Shown here: one piece after another, positions 13,593-27,718 of the stretch
Position numbering within the stretch: position 1 is the stretch's first letter
How the letters are laid out: each line of letters starts with the position of its first letter
DNA from: Octopus vulgaris
Lineage: Eukaryota
Assembly: GCA_951406725.2 (NCBI GenBank)
Contig: OX597816.1
Location: forward strand, 138,508,001 to 138,572,000
Reading direction: 5' to 3'
DNA length: 64,000 nt
Made by a program: the position numbers and the translations under genes
The notes under the pieces: model-generated
Database searches by the model: none
Told to the model about the DNA's origin: nothing
The model's input: only the letters and a program-made list of their open reading frames with translations

Positions 13593-14420
13593 GAGGCGAC
13601 GAGCTGGCAGAAACGTTAGCACGCCGGGCGAAATGCTCAGCGGTACTTCGTCTGTCGCTACGTTCTGAGTTCAAATTCCGCCGAGGTCGACTTTGCCTTT
13701 CATCCTTTCGGAGTCGATTAAATAAGTACCAGTTACGCACTAGGGTCGATTTAATCGACTTAATCCGTTTGTCTGTCCTTGTTTGTCCCCTCTGTGTGTA
13801 GCCCCTTGTGGGTAGTAAAGAAATAGGTATTTCGTCTGCCGTTACGTTCTGAGCTCAAATTCCACCGAGGTCGACTTTGTCATTCATCCTTTCAGGGTCG
13901 ATAAAATAAGTACCAGTTACGCACTGGGGTCTGTCCTTGTTTGTCCCCTCTGTGTGTAGCCCCTTGTAGGTAGTAAAGAAATAGGTATTTCGTCTGCCGT
14001 TACGTTCTGAGCTCAAATTCTACCGAGGTCGACTTTGTCATTCATCCTTTCAGGGTTGATAAAATAAGTACCAGTTACGCACTGGGGTCGATATAATCGA
14101 CTTAATCCGTTTGTCTGTTCTTGTTTGTCTCCTCTGTGTTTAGCCCCTTGTGGGTAATAAAGAAATAGGTATTTCGTCTGCCATTACATTCTGAGTTCAA
14201 ATTCCGCCGAGATCGATCATGCTTTTCATCCTTTCGAGGTCGATAAATTAATTACCAGTTATGCACTGGGGTCGATGTAATCGACTTAATCCGTTTGTCT
14301 GTCCTTGTTTGCACCCTCTGTGTTTAGCCCCTTGTGGGCAATAAAGAGTACCTAGGTTGATGTAATCGACTTGCCCCTTCCCCAAAAATTTCAGGCTTTG
14401 TGCCTATAGTAGAAAAAAAT
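13593..14420 (+). mobile_element. SINE family M tandem array (one head plus four ~160-185-bp modules)
   Basis: Module GTATTTCGTCTG...GCCCCTTGTGGGTAGTAAAGAAATAG repeated head-to-tail. Confidence 0.92.
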
Positions 14421-15371
14421 ATGTTTATCCTTATATGCTATAAATGAAACATGCAACATTTAGTGACCTTTTTAAGAATATCATTGAAATTATGTTTGCC
14501 ATGTAACACTAGTATGCCCCAAAATAACATTGGCTTGCCTAAAGAACCAAATAATTGTTTCGCTTACATGCATATAATATTTCACATGCATATAATATTT
14601 ATGTATCACATATGAAAGATATCAATCAACAAGTGCATTTTACATATACACGATAAGACGTAATGTATATAATACACACACACACACACATATATATCTA
14701 TATATAACACACGAGTAATATATGGTGAGAATTTTGCGCACTTGCACGTATACATTCATACCTACATACATACATACATACATACATACATACATACATA
14801 CATACATACATACGTACGTACGTACATACATACGTACGTACATATGTACATACATAAATACATATATACGTACGTACGTACATACATAAATACATACATA
14901 CATATGAATGTATATAGGAAGAGAATAAAATGTGTTAGAGAGAGAGGGCGGGGGCGGAGTGACATACATATAATATATTCAGAATATTTACATGTATACA
15001 CTTAAGAATGTCTACATATGTCAAATATTGAAACTCAGGAGTTCCTCTGTACATATGCTTTACACACACACGCACACACACACACATATGCATACATGCA
15101 TAAATGTGTGTGTGTGTGTAGATGCTTCTATGTATGTGTGTTTGTGTGTGTGTGCTCATAGTAGACAAAAATGCACGCCTTCAGTAGGACAGCATATTTG
15201 CAATGCACATAAAATATATAATAAACAAGCTGCAATATATATCATTTTTATGCAACATATTTCTCTGCAAAGTCGTATGTACATTTACATATGGCCTCAT
15301 ATAAATATATATATATATATAAATATATATATATATGTGTATGTATGTGAGTGTGTGTGTGTGTATGTATG

Positions 15372-15453
<82 letters not shown>

Positions 15454-15561
15454 CTATTGCACTATCTCGTTCACATAGTCACACACATATATATATACCA
15501 TATATATAATTTTGCATACATGCGTTTTTAAGCAAGCACACATACATATACACACACACAC

Positions 15562-15601
<40 letters not shown>

Positions 15602-16377
15602 ACACACACACGAAGAGAGCTCATTAATATTAGTTCAGAGGCGAGAAAAGAAACACTTATACATGCAATTTAATGGCTTCCTGAGTCTCTACTTACAGCT
15701 TAGCTCAGCTGTTTTGAATAAAACTTTAAACGTCTCCAGCTAATAGCCATTAATTCAATTCATAAGCATTCAATTAGACGGCTATATTAGTTTCCTTTTA
15801 AACGAAACATTAATAATCTTTGGCAAACATTTCGTCTTCGTCAAGTCTTTTATCGTTTAGCTATCAAATCCCATAACGACATAGATTGATAAAGTCTTTT
15901 TTGTTGTTGTTGTTGTTTTTTTGTTTTTTTTTTTGCTTTTCTGTAGTTTTCTATAAGAGGCAGCATGACGACTTTATAATGAAACTTGTTATGCCAGCGT
16001 CTCGCACATCAAAATCGTTTCTTTCTTAGCTGTCCTCATCAAACAGGACTCTGTTAATCACACTTATATACAACGTTATAGATGAGGACGGCGAAAAGTA
16101 CATAGTTACTTATTAAGAAAATGATTCCATGAAAGACGAAAGAAAGAAGAAAGCAAGATGAAAAGAGAGAAAGTCAACGGCAATAGTTGAAAGAAAGACG
16201 GAAATTAATGAAATTTTCTGTATAATGGCGGGAATAAAGATTAATAAGCGGTAAATAAAGAATAAAGAAATGTGAAGAAAAATATTATTAAAGTTCTTAT
16301 CATGGATATCGATAGTACTAATCCAGAATGGATTTATAAATACATATGTACATCGTGAGATCGGGGGTTTGATTCAC

Positions 16378-16572
16378 GGTCTGAGGTCGACTTTGCCTTT
16401 CATCCTTTCGGGGTCGATGCCGAGGTCGACTTTGCCTTTCATCCTTTCGGGGGCGATAAATTAAGTACCAGTTACGCACTGGGGTCGATGTAATCGTCTT
16501 AATCCGTTTTTCTGTCCTCGTTTGTCCCCTCTGTGTTTAGCCCCTTGTGGGTAGTAAAGAAATAGGTCTGAG
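16378..16572 (+). mobile_element. 5'-truncated family M module inside another tRNA-like SINE, flanked by GGTCTGAG direct repeats
   Basis: GGTCTGAG at 16378-16385 and 16565-16572. Confidence 0.75.
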
Positions 16573-17422
16573 CGGTGCTTTGTGTTCCAGAGCAATTCTA
16601 TGCAGCATTTTTTTCATTAGTGGTAGGCTTCTATTCTTTTCAAAAAGAATTTATGTACGTACGTAAGAATGTATGTATATACGTGTATGATTTATCATTA
16701 TCTTCCTCCATATAGCCGTGCGTAGTACAAATCTTATTGAATTAAAAATGCATTTGGTTGTTAGTTATATATGAGTTTTAGCTACAGATACGTGTGGTAA
16801 AATATGAAACTTCAACACCTAATATGATATTGTTACCTTATCACTTAAGCTATTCAGTTTACGTTATTTTGTAAAAATAGAAGTATGATATAATCAAACG
16901 CCACTTGTCAAAGCTGTGTGGCATTGTTATTATTATGTTGCTTTCACAGGTATTTTTTTCAAGGAGTGCTGATCATCATATGAAGCTTATACTAAAAGTT
17001 GTGTCAGTCTCTATAAATAAAGTATGTTTTACAAATTTGGTGACATGTGTGTCAAGTTGTTTTATAAGCAAAAGGCTAGTGTTTTATAGCTGAATTTTTC
17101 AGTAGCTTCTGTTTCAAAAATAGGGCTGACGTGTGATTTTACAAAGCCATCGGATTTTGTTGACAGAGAAAGGAGTAATAATCATATATACATACAAATA
17201 TACATACACACATATATATAGACACATAAACACATGGATTGGGCGCATGTATGTATGTGTATAAACATGATGTAAATATAAGAAAATATTGGGTCGAAAT
17301 AGACCGATAGAATAAGTACTAGGCTGGCTTTAAAAAAGTTTCTGGATCGATTCTTTTTGACTAAAATCGGCCAAAGCGGTGCTCCAGTATGGCCGCAATC
17401 AAAATTACTGAAACTAGTAAAA

Positions 17423-17462
<40 letters not shown>

Positions 17463-17473
<11 letters not shown>

Positions 17474-17628
17474 AAAAAGAAGTTTGAAAACGCTACTATA
17501 TAAGATAAATTTTAATTTTCTTAGAAATTTTACGTGTTTCGGTTCTTCTTGAAACATGTGAAATTTCTAAGAAAATTAATATTTATCTTACATAGTGGCG
17601 TATTCAAACTTCTTTTTTATAAATATAT
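17463..17628. repeat. Fold-back hairpin, 78-bp arms and 10-nt loop, between (TA)n tracts
   Basis: 17463-17540 is an imperfect reverse complement of 17551-17628; both arms start at GAAACA. Confidence 0.88.
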
Positions 17629-17652
17629 ACCCACTCGTATACGATCTACACT

Positions 17653-17723
<71 letters not shown>

Positions 17724-17996
17724 TAAGATTATGTATCGGGAAGTAGAATATTATCTTGCAAATTTTTTGCATATCTACGCAGTCTACGGGGCCAAATTAC
17801 AATTAATAAGGTGTCTAGAGAGAAATTAACATATATCATTACTTTTATGTGTGTGTGTGGTTGTTCTATTCTTTTATTCTTTTACTGGTTTGCGTCATTG
17901 AAATGTTGGCACGGCTGGGAACCACCCTCAAAGATTTTTAGTGCATAACGACCCAGTACTAAGTTTAATTTTCATTCTATTAATATTTCATATAGT

Positions 17997-18510
17997 ACCA
18001 GCTGAATCAACCGCCTTCCGGGCGCTTGATTCAGCTAGTGCATATCTCAACTTCTGTTCGTAGTTTAAAAGTAAAGTGGAACTTACTTTAATTTTCTTAA
18101 AGAATTTCCTTATAAACAACGTTGTCGGGGTACATTCCTTTCATACCCTTATACTCTGAGTCCCAAGCCAATATATGCAAATTGTTCCCTGAACCAAAGC
18201 CAATATATAATCATTGCTCCCAGAACCAAATAGGGCTTTCGTCATCTCAGTCCATTCTGAGTTGGTTGTCATAGTGATGAAGTAGTTTGTCTTTCCAAAC
18301 TCTCTAACCAGAGCAATTCCAGCTTGGAAACACTCCCTGTAAAACCGAGGAGAACCAGTATGTGTTGACGGAAGAATGATTTTAGACCCTACATTATTCA
18401 TATCACCATTTGCAATAGCATCCAGAAGACCCGGGTACTTTTCAGCATTAAGTTGTTTCTGATGATTTCTCAGAAAGTGTAATCGATTTTGCTCTATCTT
18501 TGCATATTGC
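17997..18510 (-). mobile_element. Helitron Rep fragment with probable 3' terminal hairpin
   Basis: AKIEQNRLHFLRNHQKQL...KIILPSTHTGSPRFY...ALVREFGKTNYFITMTTNSEWTE (Helitron Rep); palindrome 17997-18039 ends in CTGG on the minus strand (CTRR). Confidence 0.88.
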
Positions 18511-18679
18511 GCAAAGTTTCCGAAATTTTCATATTTTTTACGTCTGCTATTTCAGAATTCTACCCATGCATGAAACATCAGACGAAAGTACATTCAATAA
18601 CATATTTATACACTCAACGGCGTAAACAGGCATAACAATAGCTCCGACGGCCGACGGCAAGAAAATAGGTACTCTCTTT

Positions 18680-19085
18680 TACTCTTTTACTTGCTTCACT
18701 CATTTGACTGTGGCCACGCTGAAGCACCACCTTTAGTCGAGCAAATCGACCCCAGGACTTATTTCTTTGGAAGCCTAGTACTTATTGTATCGATTGCTTT
18801 TGCCGAACCGCTAAGTTACGGGGGTGTAAACACACCACCATCGGTTGTCAAGCGATGTTGGGGAGACAAACACAGACACACAAACACATACACACACATA
18901 TATATATATATATACATATATACGACGGGCTTCTTTCAGTTTCCGTCTATCAAATCCACTCACAAGGCTTTGGTCGGCCCGAGGCTATAGCAGAAGACAC
19001 TTGCCCAAGTTGCCACGCAGTGGGACTGAACCCAGAACCATGTGGCTGGTAAGCAAGCTACTTACCACACAGCCACTCCTACGCC
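18680..19085 (-). mobile_element. SINE family C (tRNA head, CORE-like TTGGGCAAGTGTCTTCT, internal microsatellite, LINE-like tail)
   Basis: Full-length copy; partial copies at about 26950-27170, 28365-28715, 28785-28915, 31110-31245, 40785-41165 and 62440-62610. Confidence 0.85.
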
Positions 19086-19299
19086 TAAACGACAAATTTT
19101 ATTAATATCTTTAAAAATACTAAATTTCCAACATTTTTATGGTCAAATTCGTTAAGAGCAATTCAATGACATAAAAATCTCACTTTAAGATTGTGTTTAG
19201 CGAGTATGGTGTAATTGTTATTTTCACCGAAGTCTAACAGTGTCTTTATGATTGTTTTTTTTTTTTTTTTCAAAATGACAACGATAGAGACATTTCAAA

Positions 19300-19400
19300 G
19301 AACATAACCAATTAAGAGAGAATGAAGTAGGAGAAATAGTAAATATGTGTGTGAGAGAGAGGTTTATGAGAGGTTAATATTGTATGAGAGAGTGAATTCA

Positions 19401-19436
<36 letters not shown>

Positions 19437-20045
19437 AACGTCAAAGTAACACCGAAGGAGACATGGAAACGAGCGCTACCGGTTAAGAGAGTTTGAGTTA
19501 AGAGAAGCAGTAAATATGTAGGATGGAGAGAGAGAGAGTTATGAGAGGTAACATTGTATGCTATTTTGTCAGTTACCACTCCTCACACTACAGCTCTCAA
19601 TAAGAGAAAGAGGTGGTAAGCATGAGGAATAGTAGGGGAGTCATTGAATAGTGAGAGAGGGGTAATTCGTTTTGTCGGATTTTACCAAACTGGAACCGGA
19701 CCGGTTAATTTTCGTGAATCCCATATAGATGTTGACACTCTCCGGGTACCCACGGTTCCTCATGCCAAGTTTGATCAAAATTGGTTGAGGGTAAGCAATG
19801 TAGCCACAAAGTTAGGGCTCGGTTTTACGTATATTTAGCATTTGAATGCGGTCCCCTCAGATTGGAACCAGACTGTTTAATTTGCAGGAATTCCATATAA
19901 ATTTCGACACTCTTTCGGTACACACGGTTTCTCATGCCAAGTTTGGTCGAAATCGGTCCAGTGGTTACAGAGGAGTTTGGTAACACAATTTTGACACACA
20001 CACACACACACACACACGTAAATACCGCAATTAAAGTATAGATAG
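19300..20045 (-). mobile_element. Non-autonomous Helitron/Helentron-like (DINE/HINE-like) element
   Basis: TCTATCTATA 5' end, GT run, CCGATTTCGACCAAACTTGGCATG core present as two diverged copies; segment 19621-19662 recurs inverted at about 62099-62141. Confidence 0.6.
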
Positions 20046-20734
20046 AACAAGTGAATGATTTATTGAGCTGTGCTTTTTCCTGTCAGTTATACATGCATGT
20101 GTGAGCCATTGTGTGTAAGTGTGTGTGTGTGTGTGTGTATGTGTGTGTATGTATGTGTGTGCGTGTGTGTGTGTGTGTGTGTCTGTGTGTGTGTCTGTGT
20201 CTGTGTGCATACTATTGTATATTGAGGCTGTAGGATTATGTGATTATAATAGCCAAAACAGGCGAATTCGTGTCTTTTCTGTGTCCAGTTATCGTTGGCA
20301 TTGGTTGATGATTATTCATCTCTGCAGAAGTCGCTCGGTCACTTACGAATTGTTTTACTTCGGATTGGCTGGCGAGTTATCCAGAAGAATATTCGTCTTT
20401 CATTCGTTCAACTGGAATTACATTGTACATTATTGAAATGATTCAACATACATGAAAATATTCCATTTCAGTATTATATTCATGTTTACAACTCAGTATT
20501 TACACACACACACGCACGCACGTACACGCGCACACGGATAAGCACATGCGCACACACACACACACACAGACAAATATATATATATATGTACATATATACA
20601 CATATATGCTTATAAATTTGTGTATATATATATATCTATATATATATATGTATAGCGATATGTACATATATATGTGCATATATATATGTGTGTGTATATA
20701 TGTATATACATTATGTGTATATATATATTTATGC

Positions 20735-20791
<57 letters not shown>

Positions 20792-21534
20792 CATATACAA
20801 ATACACACATACACACACATATACATTTGTATTTATATACATATATGCATATATTTTCAATTAAACATATATATATGAATATATATATGTGTGCGAGTGT
20901 GTATTTACACACACACATATATATATGCACACACACATAGACACGTATGCGCACGGACGCACACAAGGTTTCTAGAGGGTATGTACAGCTTTGTGTATGT
21001 CAGTTAAGGTAGTTGTTATGGGGTGGCTGTGATAATCTACATAATTAATTGTCAAGTGCAATTTATTAAATTGAATTATTCTTGACAAAGAGTGAATGTC
21101 TCTCAAAACGTCAGCTTTTCAATTTATGCTTCGTGTATTCTTTATATTGTTTTATTATTTTAAAGTTAAAAATATATATAGAATTTAGGAATATTTCTTG
21201 AGCAGCTGATGTAATAATAATACACACATAACATGTACATTGACATATACATAATGGTATATATAAACACACACAATTTTCAAAAACACATGCATATATC
21301 GGTCAGAAGTACACATATAGTTATACGTGAGATATAGACGAAAATTAGTGCAGCTATCAGATTGAAAACGATACCTTGAAATTGATTGACAGAAAAATCA
21401 ATACAAAATCATATTAAAGAGTATTGCACATTGCACAATCTTATATTATTATGTTTTTGTTAATGCTTCGAATTTGTTGGCGGTGGTGTTGCTACCCCTT
21501 TTGTTTCATTGTTTCGACTGTATTTTTCGTTCAT

Positions 21535-21765
<231 letters not shown>

Positions 21766-22499
21766 TAAAAGATAATGTTTTTACTGATATGTTAATTTTC
21801 ATGCTGATCGAGGTGAAATATAATGGCGGTGAGGTTGATAAAATGGTGATCGTCGTCATCGTAATAGCATCTTTGCTGCTGTCTTTGATATTTTTGTTGC
21901 TGTTATTGCTGTTATTCTATCTAATTATGTTGTTGTTACTGTTATTGTTAATCTTGCTGTTAGCTTTCAGTTTTGGTGCTGTGGTAGTGCTGCGCTGATG
22001 TGGTAGTTGTTGAGGTTAAATAGATGCTGGTGATAATGATGATGATCACCATGGTGACCATAATGAGAACTATTATCAAAATGATGAATAACATGATGTT
22101 GATAATTATAATGATCGTTAGCATAGTAATGGCAATGAAGATGCCGCTGTGGATAGTAATGTCTACTGATATGGCTCTGAAGATGTTATTGGGTTTACAA
22201 TGAGCTATGAACTATGCTCAGTTTAGCCATTTAAAGGTCACATGTGTTTCCCGATTTAAACCACTAGTTTAAGCTAATGATATGTTTAATCATTTTCTAT
22301 ATCTATTGATGATCGTAAGGCAGAACCGTTAGCACGCCGGACAAAATATTTTATGTCCTCAGTTCAAATTTCACTTAGGTCGACACTGCCTTTCATCCTT
22401 TAGGGGTCGATAACACCAGTTGAGTATTGAGGTCAATGAATCGACTTTCCGCATACCGAAATTGCTGGCCTTGTACCAAAATTAAAACCATTTAAAACC

Positions 22500-22651
<152 letters not shown>

Positions 22652-22652
22652 C

Positions 22653-23717
22653 ATAAGCACCATTATACTAAGTCCAGTATACCCATCATGACTACCAGTC
22701 TGATAAGAGTACACCAAGCATGTGCATAACAACCATATGTGCGCGACATGGTGATCACATATCAAGATAAACAGCACATGACCTTGCAGGTGGGGCCCAG
22801 TTACAGTTTTCTCAAAAGGTCCCTGAATAAGGGTTGTCTAAGGATGTTGAACGAAACATCCAAGTTTCCAGAGGTGATTTATTCAAACCCCAAAGAATCC
22901 CTCTCAACACATGGCTATGATGCTCCCTCACTACTTCTGATCGTGGTCAGAGATGCACATATCGTCAGCCACTAAGGGACATGCTCAACTGGTTAAAGTC
23001 AAACAACTGACAAGCAAATCTGTGGTATTGAGCAGAATATCTGCTGTAGCCCATCTTTTATACCAAGACAAAACAATGTACATGATAATACTTCTAATCA
23101 GTTAAGACCAGAAGCCACGAGAGCCGCAGCCTGGTACTGCATCAGAGCATTTATTATTATTATTATTATTGAGTGAGAGAGCACTGCATGCCATCAAAGT
23201 GACACTGGGGTAAAATATACGAAGCCCAATATACCCATCATGACTACCTGTCTGATAAGGGTACACTAGGCACATGCATCACAACCATATGTGCGCAACA
23301 TGGTGATTTCATATCAAGATAAACAGCACATGACCTTGCAGGTGGGGCCCAGTTAGAATTTTCTTCTGGTCGAGTAACCCATCCCGCTCAAAAGGTCCTT
23401 GAATAAGGGTTGTTTAAGGATATTGAACGAAACACCTATGTTTCCAGAGGTGAATTATCCAAACACAAAAGAGTTCCTCTCAACACATGGCTATGATGCT
23501 CCCCCACTACTTCTGCTCATGATCAGAGATGCACATATGGTCAGCCACTAAGGGAGATGCTCAACTGGTTAAAGTCAAACAACTGACAAGCAAATCTGTG
23601 GTATGGAGCAGAATATTTGCTGTAGCCCATCTTTTATACCAAGACAAAACAATGTACATGATAACACTTCCAGTCAGTTAAAATCAGAAGCCATGAGAGC
23701 CACTGCCTGGTACTGCT
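22653..23717. mobile_element. Two tandem diverged copies (22653-23150, 23171-23717) of a ~550-bp repeat embedded in (TTA)n
   Basis: Collinear similarity over about 480 bp; (TTA)n before, between and after the copies. Confidence 0.88.
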
Positions 23718-23719
23718 TC

Positions 23720-24074
<355 letters not shown>

Positions 24075-24705
24075 TAAGCTATCACACACTATCCAATATC
24101 GTGGTGTTGTTGATAGAAAATATTGTGTCTACCAGGGGTTTGTACTGTCTGTCAAGTCACAACAAGGACTTCAGACTGACAATACTTTACGCAATATGAT
24201 AAACTACAAAAGGCAAGAGAAGAATGCTTATAAGAATTCTATATCTGAAACTAAACCGGAAAATTTCAACATCATTACTAAAAACAACTTCCTTTATGCG
24301 GAAAACCCCATAGCACGTGTGTTTGATGAGCTGAATAAGGAAAGCGGTTACGCACAATACAAAAACTTTATTACAGAATGTTCGTCTTATTTTGTATTTT
24401 TAAGAATTTTTTAAGAAATAGTTTAATAACTTATAACAAAATCTCTCTTTGAATATTATAATGCATAAAGTAAATTAACAAAGACTTTTAAATATTTCTA
24501 TATGCGCGTGTGCGTGAATGTGTGTATACATATATACATATATTTATATGCATATGTATGCATATCTGTGTTTATGTACATATACATATATATATATTTA
24601 TATAATCATATAAATACACAGCCTTATGTACGCGTTTGTCTGCACGCGCGCGTATGTAATAATCTATCTCTATCTCTCTCTCTCTCACCCATTCTCTCTC
24701 TCTCT

Positions 24706-24785
<80 letters not shown>

Positions 24786-25082
24786 ACACACTAACACGCA
24801 CACACACACACGTACGTACAGCAGACTGAATCTCAGACAAAAGATTGCCTTGTATGTCAGAGAGGGGGCGAGGGAGTGAGAGAGAGAGAAAGAGGGAGAA
24901 ATAAAATGAAAGGCGAAAAGAAAGAACGTGAACATCTCAGGAATGTGATGGAGTGAGTGTAGCAACAGATTTCGACTGGGTAAAAGAGCGAAATGTACAA
25001 TATTTCTGCAAAATATAAGTATGCAAATGAGGTAATACAACACGTCTGAGATTACCTGTGTCACTATATACTTATATTCATA

Positions 25083-25232
25083 CATTCCACCGAGGTCGAC
25101 TTTGCCTTTCATCCTTTCGGGGTCGATTAAATAAGTACCAGTTACGCACCGGAGTCGATGTAATCGACTTAATCCCTTTGTCTGTCTTTGTTTGTCCCCT
25201 CTATGTTTAACCTCCTGCGGGCAATAAAGAAA
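25083..25232 (+). mobile_element. 5'-truncated SINE family M
   Basis: Core plus ...GGGCAATAAAGAAAT tail. Confidence 0.85.
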
Positions 25233-25446
25233 TGCATATACTTATATTTATACACGCACATATATATCGACTTTTCCCCACTCTCTCTGTTCATATGTGT
25301 GTGTGTATGTGTGAGTGTGTGCGCACATACGTGTGTGTATATTATGTATTCATTTATGTATGTATGTATGTATGTATGTATGTATGTATGTATGTATGTA
25401 TGTGTGTGTGTATATATATATGTATGTATATATAAATGTATGTATG

Positions 25447-26010
25447 TCAGGTCACTTTCGAGTGCTACTGGTAACATGTAACCCAGTACAACCTGTTGCA
25501 TGGTCGGGTCGTCGGCGACTAAACCGGCAACCCCACCAAGCTCGCTTGGTGAGGAGGCTGTTTATTGGTCACCCTGCGGGATGTAAAACAAAACCCGTCA
25601 AAGGGTGGAGGAACTCTTGAGAGTCAACGGCCATCCAATAAATGTCTTAAAGCTGTATTATGCGCGGGGACATAGAAATAATCGGATTGAATACCCGATC
25701 GCGCAGTTAAACCATTGGGAGTGAAGGACTCCTAGCCTTTGTCAGGGCATCCTTCTAAGAGAAGGCAACTCAGGTAACTGGGATAACTCCGACGTAAAAC
25801 CTGCGGCTCAGTGGTTACCGATGATGTTGACTTGTTCTTCTTTTCGGATTATGGCTGCTGTTGCTTAGTGAGTGGGATTGACTCAGTGGACAGCCTTTCC
25901 TCACTTAAAAAAAATATCTTCTTGCACAGGCATTGCACGATAACAACATTGATTAAGCTTCGTGCAATGGCCATACTCGATAACGAGTGGGCAGCCACCA
26001 TGTATGTATG
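25447..26010 (+). mobile_element. Non-autonomous RTE-related element with (ATGT)n tail
   Basis: GGGCATCCTTCTAAGAGAAGGCAACTC resembles an RTE 5'UTR motif (recalled, not searched); diverged second copy at 48708-49158 (-) has the same two ends. Confidence 0.65.
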
Positions 26011-26268
26011 TATAAAAGCACGTATGATGCATTGCACTAATGTTAATCGCGTTTAATTCCAAGTGTTACTTCTACGCACAGGTTTTCCTTGCTCTATGCT
26101 GGACCTATAAGCTGCACCTACAGGTTGGATCCATTGTGTAATATCATGTGCGACCAAATACTGAAACGTATGTAACAATTTGAATAAAGGAATACCAAGT
26201 TAATCCCATGTTCCTTTTTCATATGATACACACACACATACACACACACACACATACATATATATGTA

Positions 26269-26537
26269 TATATCATGGAATTTAAACCTTACAGAACTTA
26301 AAACTGAAACCCTCTGAGACTGTGCTTGTAGTCTAGTCTTCAAGGCTGGTCTCCAAGGCTGGTCTCCATGCTTGCTAAAAAAATTTCCTTGTTTATATGC
26401 CTTTGACTTTTCTGCTACTTCTTTCCGCATTCCAAATAAACAAGAAAATTTATACATTAAACTTGGAGACCAGGCTACAAGTACAATTTCACTGCATTTA
26501 AGTTCTAAGTTCTGTGAGATTTAAATTGCATGATATA
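26269..26537. repeat. Imperfect inverted repeat (~75-bp arms) between microsatellites
   Basis: TATATCATGGAATTTAAACCTTACAGAACTT... versus ...AAGTTCTGTGAGATTTAAATTGCATGATATA. Confidence 0.75.
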
Positions 26538-27638
26538 CATACATACATACATACATACATACATACATACATACATACATACATACATACATACATACAT
26601 ACATGTATATTTATGTATCTTTAGTATAATTCGGGTAAAAACAACAATAGCAGTAACAGAAACAAGGCAACCTTCGAGGTGCTCAAAGTATTAATAAAAA
26701 AGAAACAAAAAAAGTAAAGAGTTTATTTTGTATTTTCTCTTTATATTATGACCACATTGAAGGTCGTCTTGCTTCTGTTATTATTATTGTTGCTGGTAGT
26801 ATCACTAATATTTCTTATATGTTTATACTGGCGTACCCCGGAATTCTGAGATATTTGAGTGGTGGAAAACAATGTATATTGTATACCCAGAGCATTCAGA
26901 ATAATCCAGCAGGAATTAATCGTATTCCACACGATGAAGCGTCCTTATTCATTTATTTGTTTCAGTCATTTGACTGTGGCCATGCTGGAGCACCGACTTT
27001 TAGTCGAAGAAATCGACTCCAGGACTTATTCTCTGTAATCCTGGTATTTATTCTATCGGTCTCTTTTGCCGAACGGCTAAGTTACAGGAACGTAAACACA
27101 CCAACATCGGTTGCCGAGTGATGGTGGAGGGAACAAACAGACACAAAGACACACAAATATATATACATATATGCATATATATTAGATATATGCATACACA
27201 CATACGTATATATTCATGTGTATATACATATATGTGTGTGCGTGCGTGTGTGTGTGAGAGAGAGAGAAAGGGAGAGGGAGAAGAGAGAGCATGTGTGTGG
27301 TGTATGGTGTACGTATGATGTGCTCCCGTTTCTTTGTAGGACTGTGCGTGCTTGTGCATATTATGATTCCGCTGAGGTATAGTAGTACTGAACACAGGGT
27401 TAATATTTTCTTATAATTAAAGCAATTGTAAGGTAATGTATGTGATTACATAACAGCAGTTTTATTCTCTTTCTATCTATTTCATTTATCTCTCTCTCTC
27501 TCTCTCTCTCTCTGTATATATACATTTATATATAATATGCATGTGCATACACATGTATGCATACATATATATATACATGTATATATATATACACACACAT
27601 ATATATATATATGTGTGTGTGTATATATATGTATATAT

Positions 27639-27718
<80 letters not shown>

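Noticed and set aside
13593-14420. CRISPR-like array
   Set aside because: Units are ~180-bp SINE modules with no unique spacers, in a eukaryotic context
26082-26167. Other splice-flanked segments (also about 20346-20411, 32426-32484, 42574-42750, 12315-12468)
   Set aside because: Stops in all frames or unrecognisable peptides, and no consistent exon chain
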